Shown here: in pieces, positions 46,836-57,987 of the stretch
Numbering within the stretch: the stretch's first letter is position 1
How the letters are laid out: each line of letters begins with the position of its first letter
Source: Planctomycetota bacterium
GTDB lineage: Bacteria; Planctomycetota; UBA1135; GCA-002686595
Assembly (NCBI GenBank): GCA_029259655.1
Contig: JAJDET010000264.1
Location: 1-64,000, forward strand
DNA length: 64,000 bases
Direction of reading: 5' to 3'
The notes under the pieces: generated by a model
The model's input: only the letters and a program-made list of their open reading frames with translations
Database searches by the model: none
What the model was told of the DNA's origin: nothing
Made by a program: the position numbers and the translations under genes

Positions 46836-48020
46836 ATGGTCCTACTGACTTCCTTCTGGTGCGTCCTCTTCGCCTCGGCCGCACTGTTCTGGTTCCTGCC
46901 GCCTCGCGCGCGCCTCCCGTTCTTGTCCCTGGTCTCGATCGGCTTCCTCGGCTGGCTCACCTGGCTGCCCGTCGCGATCCTGCTCGTGTGGGTCGTCCTC
47001 TTCTGGTTCGGGGTCCGCGGCCCCGAACCCGGCTCCGAGGGAAAGCCCCATCGCTCGTTCCACTACCTCCTGATCCTGGGCGTCCTGGGACAGCTGGCCT
47101 GGTTCAAGTACCTGCCCCCCCTCGTCGCTGCGCTCGCCAGCACCGAGATCGAAGCGCTCGTCATCGTTCCGCTCGGGATGAGCTTCTTCACGTTCAAGCT
47201 CGTGCACTACGCGTTCGAGGTCTCGCGCGGAACGGTCCAGCGCGCCGGCTTCGCTCAGTTCACGAGCTACATGTTTCTCTTCCCGATCTTCACGGCGGGG
47301 CCGATCGAGCGGTACGACCACTACCTGGCGAACCAGGAATCGCGCTGGTCGCTCGAGTCCTGGAGCGAGGGGTTGCTGCGCATCGCCAAGGGCGTGATCA
47401 AGCGCTTCTTCGCCGCCGAGGTCCTGCTCCGGCCCGTGATCGACGACCTCACGGTGGACGTCCTCGCAGACCTGTCGGTGTTGTCGGTGTGGGAGGTCTG
47501 GTCCTATCTCGCGCTGACGTTTCTGTACATCTACATGGACTTCAGCGCCTACTCCGACATCGGCATCGGGGGAAGCCGGCTGTTCGGGCTGCGCATCGCC
47601 GAGAACTTCCGCTTCCCGCTCATCGCGTGCGACATCGGAGACTTCTGGAAGCGCTGGCACATGAGCCTCTCGCGGTGGTGCCAGTCCTACGTCTACCTGC
47701 CGACCATGGGAGTGACGCGAAAACCGTACCTCGCGACCTATGCGACCTTCCTCGTCATGGGGTTGTGGCACGCCGGCACCCTGAACCGGATCGGCTGGGG
47801 CATGTACCACGCGACGGGAACGGCGGTGTTCATCGCCTGGACACAGGTGAAGCGACGGCGGCGCTGGAAGAAGACGTTCCAGCGGCCGCTGCTCCGCTAC
47901 TCGGGGATCCCCATCACGATGATGTTCATCACGGGCAGCGCGGCGTTCCTCGCGGCCGAGGCGGAAGGCCAGGGCCTGTCGGCCTCCATCCGGATCCTGG
48001 GGCGACTGTTCGCCCTCTGA
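46836..48020 (+). CDS. MBOAT-family membrane O-acyltransferase (DltB/AlgI-like)
   Basis: About 10 TM helices. FTAGPIERY. Invariant His in GLWHAG. Confidence 0.85.
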   Translation: MVLLTSFWCVLFASAALFWFLPPRARLPFLSLVSIGFLGWLTWLPVAILLVWVVLFWFGVRGPEPGSEGKPHRSFHYLLILGVLGQLAWFKYLPPLVAALASTEIEALVIVPLGMSFFTFKLVHYAFEVSRGTVQRAGFAQFTSYMFLFPIFTAGPIERYDHYLANQESRWSLESWSEGLLRIAKGVIKRFFAAEVLLRPVIDDLTVDVLADLSVLSVWEVWSYLALTFLYIYMDFSAYSDIGIGGSRLFGLRIAENFRFPLIACDIGDFWKRWHMSLSRWCQSYVYLPTMGVTRKPYLATYATFLVMGLWHAGTLNRIGWGMYHATGTAVFIAWTQVKRRRRWKKTFQRPLLRYSGIPITMMFITGSAAFLAAEAEGQGLSASIRILGRLFAL

Positions 48021-48076
48021 CCCCCCCGGAGCGGCGCGTGAGCCCTTGCGGGCGCCTCGGTCCACGAACGGCAGCC

Positions 48077-48110
48077 TTGGCCGCCCCGGACCGCTAACTA
48101 CAATATAATG
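48077..48110 (+). promoter_or_regulatory. sigma-70-like promoter in an AT-rich island: TTGGCC-16nt-TACAAT
   Basis: ctaactacaatataatgtgttatgg is strikingly AT-rich for this genome. The -35/-10 spacing is 16 nt. Confidence 0.35.
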
Positions 48111-48178
48111 TGTTATGGTTCGGGGGCGGACCCGAGGGGCTCTCCCGGCCTCGCCCGTCGGGAACGACTCACCTCACC

Positions 48179-48337
48179 ATGGCGAACGGAGGCATCGGCT
48201 CGGCCGCCCCGCACATCGGGCGGTGGCTGGGAATCCTGCTCCAGGGCTTGGTCCTGGGGATCCTCCTGTTCGCGGCCACGCTCTCCCTGCTCCTCGTTCA
48301 GTCGGGAGCGCGGGTCTTCCGCTACGAGAACTTCTGA
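48179..48337 (+). CDS. DltX-like single-TM micro-protein ending ...FRYENF
   Basis: 52 aa: MANGGIGSAAPHIGRWLGILLQGLVLGILLFAATLSLLLVQSGARVFRYENF. One TM helix and a C-terminal F-x-Y-x-x-F motif like DltX (FIYNEF). Sits between the MBOAT and carrier genes. Confidence 0.5.
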   Translation: MANGGIGSAAPHIGRWLGILLQGLVLGILLFAATLSLLLVQSGARVFRYENF

Positions 48338-48350
48338 AGCAGGCATCCAG

Positions 48351-48596
48351 GTGCTCTTCTCCCCGAAACAGCTGGTCTCGTTCATCGTCGAGCGCTTCGA
48401 GCTCGAGAACGACGAGGTCGACGAGACCACGTCGCTCTTCAACGACGGGCTGCTCGACTCCTTCCACCTGCTCGAGCTCGTCCACCACTTCGAGGCCAAG
48501 CTGGGGATCAAGGTCGCGCCGCTGGAGATGACCCTCGAGAACTTCGACACGGTGGCCCGCACCGTTCGCTACCTCGAGTCGAAGAAGGCGTCATGA
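48351..48596 (+). CDS. acyl/peptidyl carrier protein (DltC-like)
   Basis: 81 aa with phosphopantetheine-attachment motif LLDSFHLLEL. GTG start. Confidence 0.65.
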   Translation: MLFSPKQLVSFIVERFELENDEVDETTSLFNDGLLDSFHLLELVHHFEAKLGIKVAPLEMTLENFDTVARTVRYLESKKAS

Positions 48597-48631
48597 CCAC
48601 TCGTTTTCGAGACTCCCTCTAGACTGCGTTC

Positions 48632-49789
48632 ATGGGACTGCTCCTCACCACGCTGGTACTCGCCGCCGCACCCGTTCAGAGTCCGGAGACGACCAAAGTG
48701 CTGTTCCTGGGGAACAGCTACTTCAGGACGATCCCCGAGTACTTCGAGAGCTTCGCCAACGCGGGTGGGCACACCGTGCTCGTCGATAGCTACGCCCCCG
48801 GAGGGAACACGCTGGGCTCGCCGCAGGGCGGGATGACGCAGGCCCACTCGGTGAACTCCGCGTCTCTGTCCAAGATCGCATCCGAGCCCTGGGACTTCGT
48901 CGTCCTGCAGGAACAGAGCGCGACGCCCGTGATCGAGTTCACCAAGAACTCCTTCATGAAGCCGGGCGCCATGAGCCTCGACGCTTCGATCAAGGCCAAC
49001 CACCCCAAGACGCGCACCGCGATGTTCCAGACGTGGGGTCGAAAGGATGGCGGGCAATTCTGCTGGAACACGGAGTGCAGCCCGTTGTTCCCGGACTTCG
49101 ATTCGATGCAGGACGTGTTGACCTCCGCCTACGTGGAGGTCAGCCGGTTGATCGGCGCCGGCATGATCCCGGCCGGGGAGACGTGGCGCGCCGTCATGGA
49201 GGCCGTCCCCACGGTGAACCTGTTCAGCGAGGACGGGTCTCACCCGAACCCCGTAGGCAGCTACGTCGGCGCCTGCGCGGTCTACGCGTATTTCTTCAGG
49301 GAGCCGCCCCGGGGCTTCTACCTCGTCGACCTGAGCATGGAGACGCAGCTCCTCCTCCAGGACATCGCGACCGAGGTCGTGCTGGGCAAGGTCTGCGAGT
49401 CCGTCACGAGCCTCCAGTATCAACCGAGCAGCGCGGGCCCGTTCACGCTCGAGGGACACCTCGGGGCCGCGGGGACCGGCTCCCGCGGAAGCGACCTCGT
49501 GCTGACGCCGACGCACCTCCCCGAGGGAGCGCCCGGGGCATGGATCGTCTCGAGTCTGAACCCGGTTCGAATCGAGCTCGACGTGCTCGACTTCGATCCC
49601 CTCCGATCGCTCTTCCCGCCGCGCTTCGTCCCCGCCGGGAGCTCGATCGCGATTCCCATCCCGGACTTCCCCGAGCTCGAGGGTTGGAGTGCGCAGTTCC
49701 AGGCGGCCGCGAAAGCGCCGGGCCCGAGCAGCGTCTCGCTCTCGCGTGGGCTCGAGCTCACTTTCTGGGCCTGCTGGAAAGAGCTGTAG
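48632..49789 (+). CDS. SGNH-like (DUF4886-type) secreted protein; paralog of 43848-45110
   Basis: Signal peptide. KVLFLGNSYF...WDFVVLQEQS...FQTWGRKDGGQFC...SHPNP aligns with the paralog. Confidence 0.6.
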   Translation: MGLLLTTLVLAAAPVQSPETTKVLFLGNSYFRTIPEYFESFANAGGHTVLVDSYAPGGNTLGSPQGGMTQAHSVNSASLSKIASEPWDFVVLQEQSATPVIEFTKNSFMKPGAMSLDASIKANHPKTRTAMFQTWGRKDGGQFCWNTECSPLFPDFDSMQDVLTSAYVEVSRLIGAGMIPAGETWRAVMEAVPTVNLFSEDGSHPNPVGSYVGACAVYAYFFREPPRGFYLVDLSMETQLLLQDIATEVVLGKVCESVTSLQYQPSSAGPFTLEGHLGAAGTGSRGSDLVLTPTHLPEGAPGAWIVSSLNPVRIELDVLDFDPLRSLFPPRFVPAGSSIAIPIPDFPELEGWSAQFQAAAKAPGPSSVSLSRGLELTFWACWKEL

Positions 49790-49908
49790 GCTCGACGCGG
49801 ATTCGCGCACAACGGCACCGCGGACGCCGACGGAGCACTTTCTCGGCTTTCGTTGAGGCCGCCGATACCGTTCGGCGCACGCTGAAGTGAAGCGCCTGGA
49901 GCCTCCCA

Positions 49909-51024
49909 ATGATCGCCGCCCTTCTCCTCGCCGCAGGCCCGCTCGTCCCCCATCTGTCGGACCCTCCGTCCAGGACCGAACCCGCCCTGCGCGGACTCGA
50001 TCCCGTGCTGCTCTGCGAGGAGAGCGCGGAGACTCCGGGTCGCCAGGACCTGCAGGTCACGCACGGCCGCTTCACCTACTGCTTCTCCGGGGCAGAGACG
50101 CGCGTGCGTTTCCTCGACGACCCCGAGCGCTTCGGCATCCAGTGGGGCGGCGGCTGCGGCGCGATGGGTCCGCTCTCCGGAATCGGGAGCCCCGAGCGCT
50201 GGGCCGTCCACGCCGGCCGTATCTACATCTTCGCCTCGGACGGTTGCCGCGAGGGTTTCCTGGACGCGCCCGAGCGCTTCGTGGTCGCGCCGGCCGAGCC
50301 CCCGACCTTCCCGGAAGAAGAAGGTGAGGTGCGGTGGAAAGCTGGAGCAGCCATGCTCCTGCAAGCGGTCCGCGCGCACGGTGGCGTCCAGGCGATCGAC
50401 GCCCCGCGCGCCCTCAGGCTCGTCTACCAGGGGACGCAGGACGACTGGACGCACCGGATCGAGCTCGTCTTCACGCGCGATGCGCTCGAGCGCAGCTCCA
50501 TCTGGACTCCGCCCGCGGACGGGGCTGCGAGAGAGGTCACGCGGTGGGTGCTGGCGGAATCCGCCTTCGTCGACGAGGGCGGAGCTGTCTTCCCGGTAAC
50601 GAGCCCGGATCAGGTTCTCGACCTGCGTCGCTTCGCGCACAGAGAGCCGATCGCGCTCCTGTGGGCAAGTGCCGGCTCTGACCTCCTCGCCGCGTGGACC
50701 GGCACGAGCAAGCTCCCCGGCAATCCGGGGGTCCGGGTCGTGGACGTCATCGTCCACCACGCCGGCCTCGTGACCACGCTCCACCTCGATCCGGAGTCTT
50801 GCAAGATCCTCGGGCTCTCCTGGCGTGGCCGCGCGATCGACGGCGTGACGCGCGACGTCGTCGAGGTCTTCACCGACTGGCGCGACGTCGGCGGTGCGCT
50901 CATCCCCACCGGACGGACGGTGATGGTGGATGGAGAGGTGACCCCCTCCCTGGCACTCACCTGGAACACCGCCGAGCTCCTGGCCCGGGTTCCGGCTCAC
51001 TCCTTCGAACGAGGTGTGCGATGA
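49909..51024 (+). CDS. secreted protein with two YHS/TRASH-like metal-binding modules
   Basis: RFTYCFSGAETRVRFLDDPERF and RIYIFASDGCREGFLDAPERF resemble YHS domains (YYFCS..C...F..DPEKY). Confidence 0.45.
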   Translation: MIAALLLAAGPLVPHLSDPPSRTEPALRGLDPVLLCEESAETPGRQDLQVTHGRFTYCFSGAETRVRFLDDPERFGIQWGGGCGAMGPLSGIGSPERWAVHAGRIYIFASDGCREGFLDAPERFVVAPAEPPTFPEEEGEVRWKAGAAMLLQAVRAHGGVQAIDAPRALRLVYQGTQDDWTHRIELVFTRDALERSSIWTPPADGAAREVTRWVLAESAFVDEGGAVFPVTSPDQVLDLRRFAHREPIALLWASAGSDLLAAWTGTSKLPGNPGVRVVDVIVHHAGLVTTLHLDPESCKILGLSWRGRAIDGVTRDVVEVFTDWRDVGGALIPTGRTVMVDGEVTPSLALTWNTAELLARVPAHSFERGVR

Positions 51025-51482
51025 AGTCGACTTCCCTGGAAGCGCGTGTACGACGACTCGAACGACGGAACCGGCTCTGGAGCGCCCTGGCATTCGGTGG
51101 CCTGGGGCTCTTCCTGCTCTCCGCCCTCCGCCCCCAGGAGGAGTCCATCGCCGCGAAGCGTTTCGAGCTCGTGGACGACACCGGTCGGCTGCGCGCCGCG
51201 CTTGCGATCGACGAGGACGGATCCGCGGGTCTCTTCGTGCGCGATACTGAGGGGCGCGTGCGCGCCTCCCTGACCCAGGACCAGGAACAAGGGGCCCTCT
51301 ACTTCCTGGACGAGGACGGCACGATTCGCCTCGGCGCGGCCCAGTACGCCCACGGCGGCGGTGGGTTCGCGCTCCACGGTTCGGAGAGCAAGGGAGCTGC
51401 CGTGCTCTACCTGAAGGAGCGCACCGGCTCGCTCACGTTCTACGACGCGGAGGGAAACGTCAGCGAAGCGCTTCCGCGGTAG
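51021..51482 (+). CDS. hypothetical membrane-anchored protein
   Basis: ATGA overlap with the upstream gene. TM LWSALAFGGLGLFLLSAL. Confidence 0.45.
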   Translation: MKSTSLEARVRRLERRNRLWSALAFGGLGLFLLSALRPQEESIAAKRFELVDDTGRLRAALAIDEDGSAGLFVRDTEGRVRASLTQDQEQGALYFLDEDGTIRLGAAQYAHGGGGFALHGSESKGAAVLYLKERTGSLTFYDAEGNVSEALPR

Positions 51483-51499
51483 GGCTTCGTGGTTGAGCC

Positions 51500-52834
51500 C
51501 TACTCCTTCGAGAGCGAGGCCAGCTCGAGGTGAAACTCGCCGACCTGCTCATCGGAGATCAGGAAACCGACGCTGCGCACCTGGCCGGGGTCGAGCTCTG
51601 GAGCATCGCGGACCACGCGACCGCGCCAGACGGGCACGAACTCGTCGATGGCGAACGTGCGCTCCATCCAGACACCGGCTTCGGTCGGGAACGCGACCTG
51701 GTAGCTGACACCGTCGAAGTCGCCGGTGGTCCGCAGACGGAGCTTGTACGACTTGCCGTCGCCCCGGAAAGTCAACCGGAGCGCTTCGGCGCCCTCCAGC
51801 CCCAGGTCGGCCGCCGACGAGCGCACGGATGCGAACCCGCCGTTGTTCTCGAGCGAGACGTTGCCGGTGAAGACGCAGCTCCCTCGATCGGTCCACACGA
51901 ACCGGCTCGAGGAGACACCGCCCATCACGGCGTCGTCTACGGGTCCCCAGCGACGGACCTCGTCCTTGTCGCCGAAGTCGATCACGAGCGCGCTCCGGGA
52001 AGCGGCAGCGGCGGAGCTCACGGGAATCTGGACCTCGAAGAAGCGCCGGGCCGTCGCGACCATCGGGCTGTTGTAGCCCATCGTTCGGACTTCACCCGCG
52101 AACTCGAGATCGCCGCGCTCCTCGACCCAGCGCAGGAGGAGATCCCGCGCCTCGTCGATGGCGTCGGGCGTCATCGCACCCCGGCACCCGATGCTGACGA
52201 CGGTGGACGGCTTCGCATCCACGACCTCGACTTCACCGTCGTGCCCGGCTTCACCGAGCTCGGGCGATCCGTAGAGGAACGCCATGCGCGTCTCGTTCAG
52301 CTCGTCGCTCACCGTTGCGTAGGTCGTCTCGACCGGCGCCGTCATCGCGATCTCGTTCTGCTGGATGTGGCGGAAGAGCTTCCAGAAGGCGCCGTCCGAG
52401 CGGGACCCGCTCATTCCGGCTCGCACCATCCGGTAGCGGGGGTACTCCTTGAGCTGGATCTCGCGCACGGGCGTCGGATCCGGGAAGCCCTCGGGCAGGT
52501 CCGCTTCAATGAGGGGCTCGAAACCCAGGTCGTCCGCGGCCCGCTCGAGCTCCTGTGTGAGCTGAACCTGCGCAGCGTCCGGATCGGTCACGGCCCGCCA
52601 GCGGGCGTCCTGGACGATTTCGCGCAGGGAGGCTCCGAAGGAGCTGCCGTCCAGTTCCTCGCTCGCCCCGCGACCCGCTTCGACGAGGTCGGAGAACCCC
52701 GGCTCGCAGGTGTGTCCGTGCGCCTCCGCTTCGATGAGCGCGGCTCGCAGGAGCCGTGACGAGCTCTCGCGCGGGTCTCCCGAGGTGGTATCGGAGTGCA
52801 TGGCGGCCGTAGAGAGCAGGATCGCAACGATCAT
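51500..52834 (-). CDS. SOUL heme-binding-like domain fused to a CIA30-like domain; secreted
   Basis: KEYPRYRMVRAG...NEIAMTAPV...RMAFLYG is SOUL/HBP-like. C-terminal VMGGVSSS...SLENNGGFASV is CIA30-like. Confidence 0.6.
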   Translation of the reverse strand: MIVAILLSTAAMHSDTTSGDPRESSSRLLRAALIEAEAHGHTCEPGFSDLVEAGRGASEELDGSSFGASLREIVQDARWRAVTDPDAAQVQLTQELERAADDLGFEPLIEADLPEGFPDPTPVREIQLKEYPRYRMVRAGMSGSRSDGAFWKLFRHIQQNEIAMTAPVETTYATVSDELNETRMAFLYGSPELGEAGHDGEVEVVDAKPSTVVSIGCRGAMTPDAIDEARDLLLRWVEERGDLEFAGEVRTMGYNSPMVATARRFFEVQIPVSSAAAASRSALVIDFGDKDEVRRWGPVDDAVMGGVSSSRFVWTDRGSCVFTGNVSLENNGGFASVRSSAADLGLEGAEALRLTFRGDGKSYKLRLRTTGDFDGVSYQVAFPTEAGVWMERTFAIDEFVPVWRGRVVRDAPELDPGQVRSVGFLISDEQVGEFHLELASLSKE

Positions 52835-52929
52835 GGGTGGTAGACCCCTCCTTGCCGGACTCTTCGCCGGGGAGAGCGTCCGGATGCAACTTTCGGGATC
52901 TCCTCCTCCCGGCTAGGGTGTGTCGTCCC

Positions 52930-54664
<1,735 letters not shown>

Positions 54665-54675
<11 letters not shown>

Positions 54676-55357
54676 CGTCGGACTTCGCAACGCGTACGTC
54701 TCGGAGGTCCTCGCCCTCGACCCCGCCGTCGATCTCGAGCGGATCATTGCGCTGCGCCGCCGGTTCCTCGAGGGTGCCCGGGGGCCGGCTCTGTCCGAGC
54801 GACGCCGAGCGACGGGAACGGTAGAGACCGAAGAGTCGGTCCGGGAGCGAGCGGATCGCATCCTGACCGGGATCCGCGAGGGCTTCTGGAACGCGGACAG
54901 GGCACAGACCCAGGCTCGGCTCATCGCACTCGACCTCGAAGAGCTGCCGGATCTCGCTCGATACCGCGACCGACTGCTCCTGGTGACGGAGCTCCGGGAG
55001 GATGCTGACGAGCTCCTCGAGCACCCCGAGGTCGACGAATCGTTCGCGAGCGCGTTGCGCGCGATCCTCGTCGCTCCGGAGCGGATCGCCGTTCAGCTCA
55101 GACAGCGCTACATCCAGTCGTCGACTCGAGGTTCGGCGATCAGCACGAACAAGAGAGCTCTCCGGGCGGTGCGGGCCGAGTATCCGGAGCTCCACGAGCT
55201 CGAGAAGCCTTGGTTCAAGAAGATCTCGAGCGCCAAGAAGGACCGGAAGGACTCGCGCGCCTTGCGCGGCGGATTGGGCTGCATCGGTATCTACTTCCTG
55301 ATCAAGCTCGGTGCCTACGTGATCGGAGCCATCGCCAAGTGGCTCGAGGGAAGCTGA
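54665..55357 (+). CDS. hypothetical protein with a C-terminal TM helix, in the Hsp70 operon
   Basis: Overlaps the Hsp70 stop by 11 nt. C-terminal LGCIGIYFLIKLGAYVIGAIA. Confidence 0.45.
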
Positions 55358-55361
55358 TCCA

Positions 55362-56939
55362 GTGACCGACCCCGACGTCGATTGGAGCCACCTGCCCGAC
55401 GACCCTCTGAGCTTCTTCGGACTCGAGGCCGACTTCGAGCGTCGCGATCTCAAGCGCGCGTACACGCGGCTGATCCGCCACTACAAGCCCGAGCGGTACC
55501 CGGACGAGTTCAAGAGGGTTCGGGCCGCCTACGATCAGCTCGACGAGCGCCTGCGCTACCTCGGCGGAGGGTTCGAGGTCGCGACGCCCCCGACCCTCGT
55601 TCCGGACCGGGAGCGGGAGCGAGCTCCGTCGGTGAACGTCGTCGCGCTCCTGCGCGACAAGGGGCCGGCAGGAACGCGCACGGCGTTGCGGGAGACCGAG
55701 ACGCTCGACCCGCGAGGTTGGTGTCACCTGGCACTCCTCGAGGAGGTCTTCGAGGCGAGCCCCCTGGCGCTCGGCCGAACGCTGATCGAGGCGATCCTCC
55801 GGACCGGCGGAGATTCCGAGCCCATGCAGCTCCTGCGCGCGGTGATCCACGAGGGACTGCCGCCGCGGGACGCCGCGACTCTGGTGAGGGAGATGACCGC
55901 CCTGGTCCGGGGACCCCGCCCGCTCCTGGAATCCGGCGTGTACTGGTACCTCACGGAACCGCTCTGGGTCGACCTGGTGACCCTTCTGAAGTTCCCGAGC
56001 TTCGCCCAGCTCCTCGATCAATGCACAGCGGAGGTCGGATTGGCCGGTCATTCCGGGCAGCTCGTGCTCCTGACCACACTCCTCCGCCGGGCGGCCTTCC
56101 GCGCGGAAGAGGAGTGGATCGACGAGGCGCGAGATGAGCTCGCCGAGTCCTATCTCCGCCTCGACCCGTGGCACCAGGAAGACGTCGACCTGATCGAGTG
56201 GCTGTTCCACTACCGCGCCGAGAGGGAGGAGTTCCGCGCGGGGCACGAGCTGCGCGAGACGCTCGACCGCGCGCTGGTCGCGATCGTGGAGGGCGACGAG
56301 GTTCGCGCCGACCGCATCTTCCTGGAGGCACAGGTCGCATGTCTGGACCAGCGCGAAGAGCTCTTCGAGGCGTTCCCACTCGGTGCGAACGGAGGCACGG
56401 CCACCGAGCTGATCCACTGGTACGCGGCCGAAGTCGAGAGCAGGCGTGGCGTCGAACACGAGCCGAGCACGTCGGGCACGAAGATCGCCACGGAGTTCGC
56501 GCACCGGGTCGCGCGTCGCTCGGCGAGAACCCCGACCGGTCGCGTCCAGAGCTTCGTGACGGGAATCGTCTCGGTAGTGGTGCTGGCCTGCGTCATCGTT
56601 CCATGGCCGATCACGATCGGGCTCGGAGCTCCAGAGAATCCCTTCCTCTGGCTCATCCCGATCGCAACGACTGCGTTGGCCGTCGTCGGGTTCTTCCGGG
56701 GCTGGATCGGCCGCGTGATCGGTTTCTTCGAAGGCCCTTTCGAGCGCCGCCTGCACCGAGTCCTCTGGCGCGAGATGACGGCCGACTTCCTCTCGGAGAC
56801 GCACATCCCGTTGACGCAGGTCATGAGCGTGATAAGAGGCTTCAAGAAGCCCGACTTCCACCTGATCGACTACGTCAACCAGGTCGAAGACGACGAGGCC
56901 CTTTTCCTCTACTCGACGGCGATGCGTTTCGCGGAGTGA
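55362..56939 (+). CDS. J-domain-like membrane protein with degenerate HPD (YKPE)
   Basis: LSFFGLEADFERRDLKRAYTRLIRHYKPERYPDEFKRVRAAYDQL is J-domain helices II-III with HPD replaced by KPE. Large middle domain plus C-terminal TM helices. Confidence 0.55.
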   Translation: MTDPDVDWSHLPDDPLSFFGLEADFERRDLKRAYTRLIRHYKPERYPDEFKRVRAAYDQLDERLRYLGGGFEVATPPTLVPDRERERAPSVNVVALLRDKGPAGTRTALRETETLDPRGWCHLALLEEVFEASPLALGRTLIEAILRTGGDSEPMQLLRAVIHEGLPPRDAATLVREMTALVRGPRPLLESGVYWYLTEPLWVDLVTLLKFPSFAQLLDQCTAEVGLAGHSGQLVLLTTLLRRAAFRAEEEWIDEARDELAESYLRLDPWHQEDVDLIEWLFHYRAEREEFRAGHELRETLDRALVAIVEGDEVRADRIFLEAQVACLDQREELFEAFPLGANGGTATELIHWYAAEVESRRGVEHEPSTSGTKIATEFAHRVARRSARTPTGRVQSFVTGIVSVVVLACVIVPWPITIGLGAPENPFLWLIPIATTALAVVGFFRGWIGRVIGFFEGPFERRLHRVLWREMTADFLSETHIPLTQVMSVIRGFKKPDFHLIDYVNQVEDDEALFLYSTAMRFAE

Positions 56940-56976
56940 CGGCTCGCTCGAGGTGCAGCGGGCGCCGCCGGAGGCC

Positions 56977-57987
56977 TCAGGGCGACGGGCTCGAGTACGA
57001 CATCAGCGCCTTCATGTAGTTGAGGCGCTCGAAGCCCGCGGGGTTCGGGCAGTTCTCGTGGTTCATGCTGCCCTTCATCTGCGTCACCGACTGGAACTCG
57101 TGCTCCTCGATCCAGGTGCGCATCTCCGTCAGCGTGTCGCTCAGGAACGAAGGCCCGTGCAGGATCGCCGCGGAGGCGACCATCACGACGTCCGCTCCGG
57201 CGAGGATGAGCTTGAGCGCGTCCTCCGCACCGTGGGCACCACCGGTCGCGGCCAGCGAGAGGTCCGACCGGCAACTGAGGATGGCGATCCAGCGCAGCGG
57301 CATTCGCATCTCGGACGGACGGCTGAGCTCGAGGCGCGGTACGACATCCATCGTCTCGAGATCGATGTCGGGCTCGAGGAAGCGGTTGAACAGCACGAGC
57401 CCGGCCGCTCCGGCGTCACGGATCTTGGTCGCGAAGTTGACCGGCGCGCTCAGGTTGGCACCGACCTTGACCGAAACGGGAATTTCGACGGCCTGCGTGA
57501 CCGTTGCCACTTGCTCGGTGTACAGGTTCTCGACGTTCTCCGCGGTGAGCGAGGGGTCCGTCGGCACGTGGACGATGTTCAGCTCGATCGCGTTTGCCCC
57601 GGCGGATTCGATGAGCTTGGCGTGGCGCTCCCAGCCCTCCTTCGAGATGCCGTTCAAGCTCGCGAGCACCGGGATCTCGAGCGCCGCACGCATCCGCTCG
57701 ACGAGCCGCAGGTATCCGCCCGGTCCCGTGTTGTAGGCCTGAAGCTCGGGCATGTAGCCCGAGGCCTCGGAGTAGCTCTCGGCACCGAAGTCGTGCAGGC
57801 GTGCGAGCTCGAGCTCCTCGTGCTCGATCTGCTCCTGGAAGAGCGAGGGGAGGACGATCGCGCCTGCGCCCGCCTCTTCGAGCCGCAGGGCCGAGTCGAC
57901 CTTGCCCGTCAGGGGACTGGACGACGCGACCAGCGGACTCACGAGCTCCAGGCCCAGGTAGGTGGTCGAGAGGTCGGTCGAGCTCAT
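56977..57987 (-). CDS. dihydroorotate-dehydrogenase/dihydropyrimidine-dehydrogenase-family FMN TIM-barrel oxidoreductase
   Basis: MSSTDLSTTYLGLELVSPLVASSSPLTGK...GAGAIVLPSLF. Start set at the ATG that forms an ATGA overlap with the PFOR stop. Confidence 0.7.
   Translation of the reverse strand: MSSTDLSTTYLGLELVSPLVASSSPLTGKVDSALRLEEAGAGAIVLPSLFQEQIEHEELELARLHDFGAESYSEASGYMPELQAYNTGPGGYLRLVERMRAALEIPVLASLNGISKEGWERHAKLIESAGANAIELNIVHVPTDPSLTAENVENLYTEQVATVTQAVEIPVSVKVGANLSAPVNFATKIRDAGAAGLVLFNRFLEPDIDLETMDVVPRLELSRPSEMRMPLRWIAILSCRSDLSLAATGGAHGAEDALKLILAGADVVMVASAAILHGPSFLSDTLTEMRTWIEEHEFQSVTQMKGSMNHENCPNPAGFERLNYMKALMSYSSPSP

Noticed and set aside
48569-51093. ORFs 48569-49909(-), 49420-51093(-)
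   Set aside because: Antisense to the SGNH-like paralog and the YHS protein genes.
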